A DNA stretch of 53,597 bases from Folioceros fuciformis. Its lineage: Eukaryota. Positions 46,201 through 53,597 of this stretch are shown in pieces (the first letter of the stretch is position 1; each line of letters begins with the position of its first letter). The notes beneath the pieces are model-generated. The model had not been told where the DNA came from. It did not search any database and saw nothing but the letters and a program-made list of their open reading frames with translations. The position numbers were made by a program, and so were the translations under genes. The stretch spans positions 330,718-384,314 of the forward strand of contig JBNGIO010006379.1 of assembly GCA_049999805.1 (NCBI GenBank), read 5' to 3'.

Positions 46201-47454
46201 ACGGTCGACACTTCCCAATATTCGCTTCCGCTTGCTCCTATGTCATTCCAGGTGGTTCGTGCCACGTGAATGTGGGTGGCATTTCCTGCACCACCATCGC
46301 CAGACGTCACCAACATATCTACTCCCAAGACGAGGCGTCTAATTTTACACCACGTGGCAAGCAAAGCTTTATTCCATTGGGCACGAACGATCCATCCAAA
46401 TCACAGCAGTATAGGAGAGATCGAGGGGAATTTGCAAATAGTAGCAATACCTATTGGGATTTATTCCTGATGTAAGAATAATTTAAAATCATATTTTGTT
46501 CCTTTTCCTAGCCACACATAAGCACAGAATACGCGGCACAGATTTCCTACCTATATTTATGAAGAATAATTTTAAATTATGAGTACCCACATAAGTGAAA
46601 TTAGGTGAAAGATAAAAATAAATAGAGATGAAAGCTAATCGACGTAAATGATAGTAGGTAGGCTTTTTGTTAATCCGTATCACCACATCTCGGGATAGTA
46701 GGTAGTTTTGATAATGATGTTCTTAGGGATCTTTTTGGCTTTGGCTGCATTTGGGTTGTTCCTCTATATCTTTGGAGTAGACGAGACTTTCTATCTTTTT
46801 TTTAATAATAAAAAATAATAGCTTTATCCAAATAACTCCCTTGAGTTATGTAGTACATTCTTGGAACAAAACTCCTAAGAGAGTAGAGTAGCACTACTCC
46901 TAAGAGAGTGAACTCCCCACAGCATTCAGAGAGTGAACTCCCTACAGCATTGTAGATGTGCGATCCTAATGCTTTGCCAATGACCCTTTTCCAATCTCTC
47001 ACCTACCAAAACAACAAGGGCTACTAATCATCCTTCATTCACCAGGCACCTTAAAGGCCTTGGCCTATCACGCTGTTGGGGCCAATAGCTTTCATGCTTC
47101 TCTCAAGTTATTTTGAGTTGATGTTGGTAGCTATGGTAGTGCAAGTTCCCAATCATGGTATCCTAAGTTACCTATCATAGTATCATAAGTTCCTTACTTT
47201 CTCATACCACTCAATCACACATAGCTCTTGAAATCAGTAACTTATGACACAATGTTTACCTAAGGACTTGGGGTGTAAGCATGTTCTATCAATGAGATAC
47301 GCATTAGAGTTTTACATGCTTTATACTTGGGTTTAGGGCTGCATCAAATATGGGGTGTTTTGCAGTGGTGAGTGTGGGTTAAAGGGCATCCGCTGCAAAA
47401 TGCTACTTCAATTTGTCACTACTATGGAGGACAGCTTAATGTGGAGTCATGGAG

Positions 47455-47680
47455 GAAAAACTCTTTTCCTAAGCAACAACGTAGAACCGTAGGGCAAAAA
47501 CTCTTTCCCTAAGCAAGAACGTGGAGCCATAGGGAAAAAATTCTTTCCCTAAGCAGCAACGTTGAGTCATAGGGCACGACCTCTTTCCCTAGCAAGAACG
47601 TAGAGCCGTAGGGCAAAAATTCTTTCCCTAAGTAGGAACGTTGAGCCATAGGGCACAAACTCTGTCCCTAAGCAAGAACA
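47455..47680. repeat. 40-bp degenerate minisatellite, about 5.5-6 copies
   Basis: Approximate consensus ctctttccctaagcaagaacgtagagccatagggcaaaaa, with copies at 47461, 47501, 47541, 47581, 47620 and 47660. Confidence 0.9.
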
Positions 47681-48519
47681 CAGACAATGATTAAGAAGTC
47701 CCAAGGTAGTCCAACTCTGCACCTACATATGATGTTTTTCAGATTAGACAAATTGGGCTCTTCAACCCAACATCACAAGCTAAGGAAGAGAATAGGCCAA
47801 CCTTACAAAGCTAGGACAACATCACAAACAACATCACAGCTCAACAACCATATGGTATAACTAGGGCATGTTTCACAAAGCTAGGACAACATCACAGCTC
47901 CACAAACATGTAGCATAACTAGGACATGTTGTCATCTTGCTGGGCCCTTAAACGTCTTGCATCCCTCATAGGATGTCAATGGAGGGTCTCATGGAGGATG
48001 GCACGTGGCGTCATCTTCTATGTGAAGAGTCGCAAAGGGTGAACAAAACTTTCTTCAAACAAATCCATCGTCCTCCATCTAGCTACTGGTGTAAACTACG
48101 TTGTTGGAAATGGTATCATGGAGTTGAGTGCTTCCATCACATGATGTCACGTCGAGTGGCATCTGATGACGCCCTTGGTGACCTGCCTACCATGGACTCC
48201 AATTTTCGTATGCAGGGGGAATCCGTCTGGACGCTATACACGCCTACGCCAGCACTCTGCTGCACTCACTCGCCGGAGCCTCTACAGTAGCTGGTGCAGG
48301 ATTGGAACCGACTGTTGCAACTCTGGTCTCGGGACGGTGCCTTTCTGCCGGGTCCGGCACATATGACCTGGGAGACAGGGAAGTTCCGAGGGCTTGATGG
48401 TTGGTAAAAGCATAAGCAAGATCGCCGTGATGTGCATCCTTGGAGATGACCCAAGACAAGGGAGGCTGAAGACGTGAGTGCAGCCAGTGCACTGATCAAC
48501 CTGTACAAAGTGCGAGCCA

Positions 48520-51319
48520 TCAAACGTAAGAGTTTCGGGAATCGCCGAGAAAACTAGTCTGCTCTGGCCAGTCCTTCATCTTGCTGTTCAGCTGGTAGGC
48601 TGGAGAAGCCAGGTGCTTCTCCGTTCCCTTGTCGGATGCCATCTGATACAATCTCACTCCATTCCCGCCTGATCGGCAGAACTTGGCCATCAACAAGAGC
48701 ATCATCACGAAGTGCAGTGCGCATACCATGATGCCCACGCCCGAGATGGCCCATGCCAGAGTCGGATGATGCTTACCAGCCACGATGTTCACTGCAGCGA
48801 TGAATGCCACAACAGTCGACACGGCTGCCACCCATACCAATTTGTTGGCGTTGGACAGAAGTAACTCCGCAGACTTGGGCTGCACCGGAACCACCGCCAA
48901 CAAGAGCAGGACAGAGAACAGAGCGATGAGGAAAGCAAGAGCATCCGCGCCGTAGTAGATGTAGTACACATAGACATCAGCCTGGTCTACAACGTCGGTG
49001 CTGGTGTAGGCAGTGCCAGACGCTTTGATTTGTGTCAGGGGAGCCATTAGGCCTACGAAGCTGATGACAGCGATGAGCGCTGCCACCACCAGCACAGTGT
49101 TGATGGAACCGTGAACCCTTTGCCGATGCAATTCCTTATTGAGGATCTCCAGGTGAAGCTCGGCTGCGTACTGGAAAGACGGAGAGGATCCCACCAGAGT
49201 CCCGCCATTATTGGGACCTCCCTTGGTGACGCTGTAATGCTGACTGTCGTGGAACATCTTTCCCGACATACGCGATGACGGCGTGGAAGGGGCTGAAGGT
49301 GGCATGATTTGGATGACGCTCTCCATCCTCTTGTCTGGCCCGGCTGCATCCTGATAGACGAACAGAGGATACTGCTCTGCCACCAAATTCCCCCTCTGGA
49401 TTTGACTCTGCCCGAACTTGTCCCGCGGGGATTCAGATGCCCACGTCCCCTGAGCCTCTGGAGGAGGGGGTGGCAGCTTGGCCGGCCTCCTGGTCCTGGC
49501 TGCTTCGGCCACGCCTCCTTTGGCTGTGAACGACAAGGTCTGCCCCAAGGACGAAGCAGGTTGCTCATCTGCGCCTTCATCACCTGTGTGCAGATGCAGG
49601 TCACTTATCGGATTTGTGATGACAGACATAGCTGGCGACATCTCCTGCACTGGCACCTGGAATAGGTGATTAGAAGCCACAGAAGCAGCAACAGAGAGTG
49701 TTGTTGGCTCAGGCTCAGGCCCAGGCCCAGGCACAGGGCGGGGAACTGTACTGAGGTTCAGGTTCTCTTTCTTCAGCGATCCACTCGCGCTCAGCTTCCT
49801 GCTGGCCGTCCTGCTTGGAGGCCCCGTGCTTGATTTGGGAGTCTCTGCTACAACTGTTGGAGCTCCAACTTCAACAGATGAATGCACAGATGCAACCCCA
49901 TGCCTGCTAGTGCCACTGGGTGGCCTAGGGAGAACATGCATCTCACTTGAAAGCCCAGGTTTCTCCATCTGCCAAGCATCCTCGCTGGATGCGATGGAGG
50001 AGGCGCTGAACCGTTTCCTCCTGGGCAGCCTGGGGGGACCGCCATCCTGATTCTCTGAGTCCCCGCTGGTCTGACCTTTGTGCTCTGAAGGCCTGAGGTC
50101 ACCGCTGCTTACGCCTGCTGACCTCAGTTGATCAATCACTTCCTCGGACACCAATGACGCCCTTGCAACATCCAGTACAGTCATCCCCTCATTGTCCACA
50201 GCACAAGGATCGATTCCAGGAGCTGCCAGCAGGATCTTCACAATTTCCGCGCTGTAGCTGTACGCGAAACCCACGGCAAAGTGTAGAGCCGTCCTTCCCT
50301 CCTTGTTCTTGCAGTTCACCAGCTCAGGCTTTGCAGTCATGAGGCAATTTACCACGCTCAACGCCCTCTGCAATCCCTGCTCTCCCGGCGGGTGAAACGG
50401 GCCGTAGACTGCCACATGCAACGGGGTGTCCCCTCTGTCGTTTGTCACGTCGATGAGGAGTTTGTCGGCCTTGAGCAGCTCCTCCACCACGGTGACATGA
50501 CCTCTTTGCGCAGCAGTATGCAGAGCTGTGTTGCCTATGTTATCCCGATGGTGGATCATGTCAGGCTGCAATCTTATCAGCTCCTGCACCACCTGCACAT
50601 ACCACATGACTTGTTACAGCACAATCTCCCAGTGTACAATCTCTTGTAATGACAAAATGCGTCAGACGGAAGAGAACTTGCAAGGTCACCTGCAGGTGCC
50701 CAGCACTGGCTGCAGCATCCAGAGCAGTAGCTCCATGGCTGTTGGTGGCCATGATCAGGTTTTCGTTGTGCTCCTCTCCCGCCTGGAGCACCTCTCTCAA
50801 GATATCCAACATCCCTCCCAACGCAGCAGCGTGGAGAGCGCTGCCCATATCCCCCTTGCTCCTCGTGCTCTCAGGATTGGTACTCATCAACAACCTGAGG
50901 ATATGCAGGCTTCCACCCTGCGCTGCTGCTGTGAGCAGGTCAGCACTCTTGTACTCCCCTTGCCCCTTGGCCAGCTCGGGCTTCATAGCCAGCAGGGATT
51001 CCACCATGGTCACATCCGCAGCTGCCACCGCAAGGAAGAGAGCCCATCCTCCATGAACGTCAATCTTGTACGCATCTTCTCTGAGCAGCTCCTTGGCAAC
51101 CAAAGCTCTCCCCACCCTGGCTTCCACGCAGGATCCCTCGTCCCACATATTCTCCAACCTCTTGTTCCGCTTGCGGGAGGTGAGCTTGCGGAAGAGGTTA
51201 GGATCCATCCGGAGAAGCTCTTTCACCACATCCACCTGCCCCTTGGCTGCCGCCCAGTCGATTGGAGAGACGTAGCGCCATTTCTGGCTCGTCTCCCATC
51301 TCATGAGACGGGATGCCAT
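48520..51319 (-). CDS. Ankyrin-repeat protein with C-terminal transmembrane (PGG-like) domain, two exons (51319-50690, 50592-48520)
   Basis: N-terminal SPIDWAAAKGQVDVVKELL, ankyrin repeats (SALHAAALGG, TALHTAAQRGH, TPLHVAV, TALHFAV), a long low-complexity linker, then GSINTVLVVAALIAVISF and 4-5 hydrophobic helices. The intron 50593-50689 is GT-AG and in frame. Confidence 0.92.
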
Positions 51320-52643
51320 TGTCTCCTTCCAATTTCAGCAAAACCTCTCAACACCTTCCAAATCACCCGGCGCAGGATTCTCGCAACGGACACAACGTCG
51401 TCCTCACGCCATCCTCATCCTCGCTAAACCTCTGCCTCTCCTAACTGCCAGCTACGGGAATGCTCATCCAACAGGATTATGGCTCCGACCTCGATACGGA
51501 GCTGCATAGCCCTGGCAGAACAATTTCTGGCTTCTTCCGTGTCCGCATCGGACGACCCCTTAACAGACAGGCCTCCAATTATCATGCCCAACTGTCAGCA
51601 CAAGGGAGCAAGCCGAAAGCTGCAATGAAATGGACAAGGCCAGCAAGTAAGGTTGCAATCACTAGCTGAAATCGTACACGCCAGATGAATTCATGCAACG
51701 CGCCCGCAACGAATCCTGAGGCATGTCAATCCAGTATCTCTGACAACTCGTGCGCGAATCGCGATCTCGAACAAGTCCGCTGTGACAGTCTCTCTCCCCC
51801 CTTCCGACTCCTTGAACGGGATCCTCCTCCTGGAGCAGGATTCGGTCTTCAGAGTCTGTAGGCTCCAGCCGGAGACTCCATAGCTACCCGCTCACGCCAT
51901 GGCATTCTGCATGGCCCGTGACGAACCGCAAATCGGACGAGACAGCCAAGATTTCCTTCCTCTCTAGAGTTGAGACGACGCACGCAGCAGGTGGAGCTGG
52001 AACAGTCGAGAAAAGGGACCTGTAGCTAGATCGTGCCTACAAGTCCCGGCCGCCAGCTACAGCAATGCACAGGTGCGAAAGGAAGGCGAAGCAAGGAACT
52101 GCCTGAAGGCACTGACTTGCGCAAACAGGAAGCAAGGATCTGGGATTGCAACCACACAGCGCTACCGAACGTGGTTGCGCTGGCAACGCGCCAACTGCCG
52201 TGGCGTGACCTCTGTTTCATGATAAACCGCCTGAGTGGCCTATGAAGATTAAGCGTCATCGACATTGAGCTTGAGCATTCCTCGAAATTGAAACTGACCA
52301 GCGCATTGGACGCCCATTTAGCTGTCGTCAACCTCGACAACTGCACTAGTCTTACTATCTAGTCTCATTTTAGGAGGAGTTGTAGCTGTTCCAGTCTCCT
52401 CGCCGAAAAGTAAGATACAGCGGCTATTTCCAGGCTCTACACATGTTTCCGACTTTAGCCTCCCGTTTGCACACGATCAGCGCATCACCCTGATTGCTTT
52501 CTTTGCCGTGACAAAGATCGGCCACATCTTCCACTTAAACAGTTATTGCAAAGAATGGAAATTATTATTTCTCTCATAAGATAAATTAAAACATGCACGC
52601 AACGTTGAATATCTCATCAAGCGTGACGGTCTGCGGCCGCACC

Positions 52644-52819
52644 AAACCCGCCTTATTAAAAGAAAACTAGGCTGCAAATAAATTTCTTTCACTTGAGAAA
52701 AACAAGATGGAAGATCCATCAATCTGGAGCCCCCCTCACCGAACCCGCCCTATTAAAAGAAAAATAGGCTGCAAATAAATCTCTTTTTTTTAGAAAAACA
52801 ATGTGGAAGATCCATCAAT
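52644..52819. repeat. ~97-bp imperfect tandem duplication
   Basis: aacccgcc(t/c)tattaaaagaaaa(c/a)taggctgcaaataaat...gaaaaacaa..tggaagatccatcaat occurs twice. Confidence 0.85.
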
Positions 52820-53597
52820 GCAGTGCCCCCGAGCCAACCTGCCAAATGGGACCGAGATAGCTTGCCAAGTGGGATCTGTATTGACAATGGCAACCCCACA
52901 ACTAATAAGTATGAGAAGTATGGTTAATCATGATTTGTAAGCAATTTGAATAAATATAACTTGTCATTCATAACTAATGTAACCTAACCCTTCCCTTTGT
53001 TAGTAACTCTCCTTAGTATCTCAATCATGATTTATCTTCTTGTTTAGTCTTTAAGGGTAGATGGGTTTTTCCATCTTGTTTTTCTAAAATAAATAGTCCC
53101 TATGCTTTGTGCCTAGGTGTTAAAGTTTTTCTTTATACTAAACAAAATATATATATTTTTAAATTTTTAGTCTTTTTTAGGTTGAAAAGAACGTAGATAC
53201 ACCTCTAAACATCCATATGCTTTCTAGTTTAGTATTTAACTCTTTTAGTGTACCAAACTTGAAATCAAGATATTCAAAATATGACATACTTGATAAGGCC
53301 ATTTAGTCAAAAAGATACTTAAAAAGGCTTTAGGGTCTTCTCATGAGCTTCATTATGGTCATCCATCCCCTTCTATTGTAGAACATCCTTAAAAGGGCCT
53401 CACTCTAGCTTGAGAAGCTCATATCACACTTGGTGGCCTTACTTACATAAGCGTCTTTCTATGGCTCTAGCTCTAACTCTAGAAATTATCCTCGGCGTAA
53501 GTGATTTACAAGTTTGCTACAAGTGCACGTGTAACGGCATTGGCAGTTGCGGTTCAAGGTACGCTTTTCACTATATTCGACCATCATATAATAAGCC

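Noticed and set aside
47455-47680. Regularly spaced 40-bp repeats (and the 22-, 32- and 79-bp arrays elsewhere) as a CRISPR-like array
   Set aside because: The units are head-to-tail with no unique spacers, no cas genes are present, and the context is eukaryotic. They are ordinary minisatellites.

Overview
Gene-dense eukaryotic nuclear DNA from a land plant. The short GT-AG introns (mostly about 80-150 nt), fairly high GC and tiny intergenic spacers suggest a compact seed-free plant genome such as a hornwort (inference only). Reading splice junctions by hand gives these genes in order: a frameshifted PLS-class PPR gene running off the left edge (-), a CPY-like serine carboxypeptidase (+), an OXLD1-like small protein (-), a 10-kb PHYLLO gene (+), two tail-to-tail 3-ketoacyl-CoA synthases, (S)-ureidoglycine aminohydrolase (-), a polyQ trihelix transcription factor (-), ureidoglycolate amidohydrolase (-), VAC14 (-), CHIP (+), a class I RNase T2 (+) and an ankyrin-transmembrane gene (-). 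There are also several mini/microsatellites, a decayed tRNA-Arg-headed SINE-like element and four N gaps. Two observations stand out. First, the genes for the last two consecutive steps of plant ureide (purine ring) catabolism, UGlyAH and UAH, are non-homologous, co-oriented and flank a transcription factor gene. This is a candidate ureide-catabolism gene cluster, but an unsized 100-N gap lies inside it. Second, PHYLLO keeps a complete MenF (isochorismate synthase) module in frame with MenD-MenC-MenH, the unsplit state that Arabidopsis has lost.
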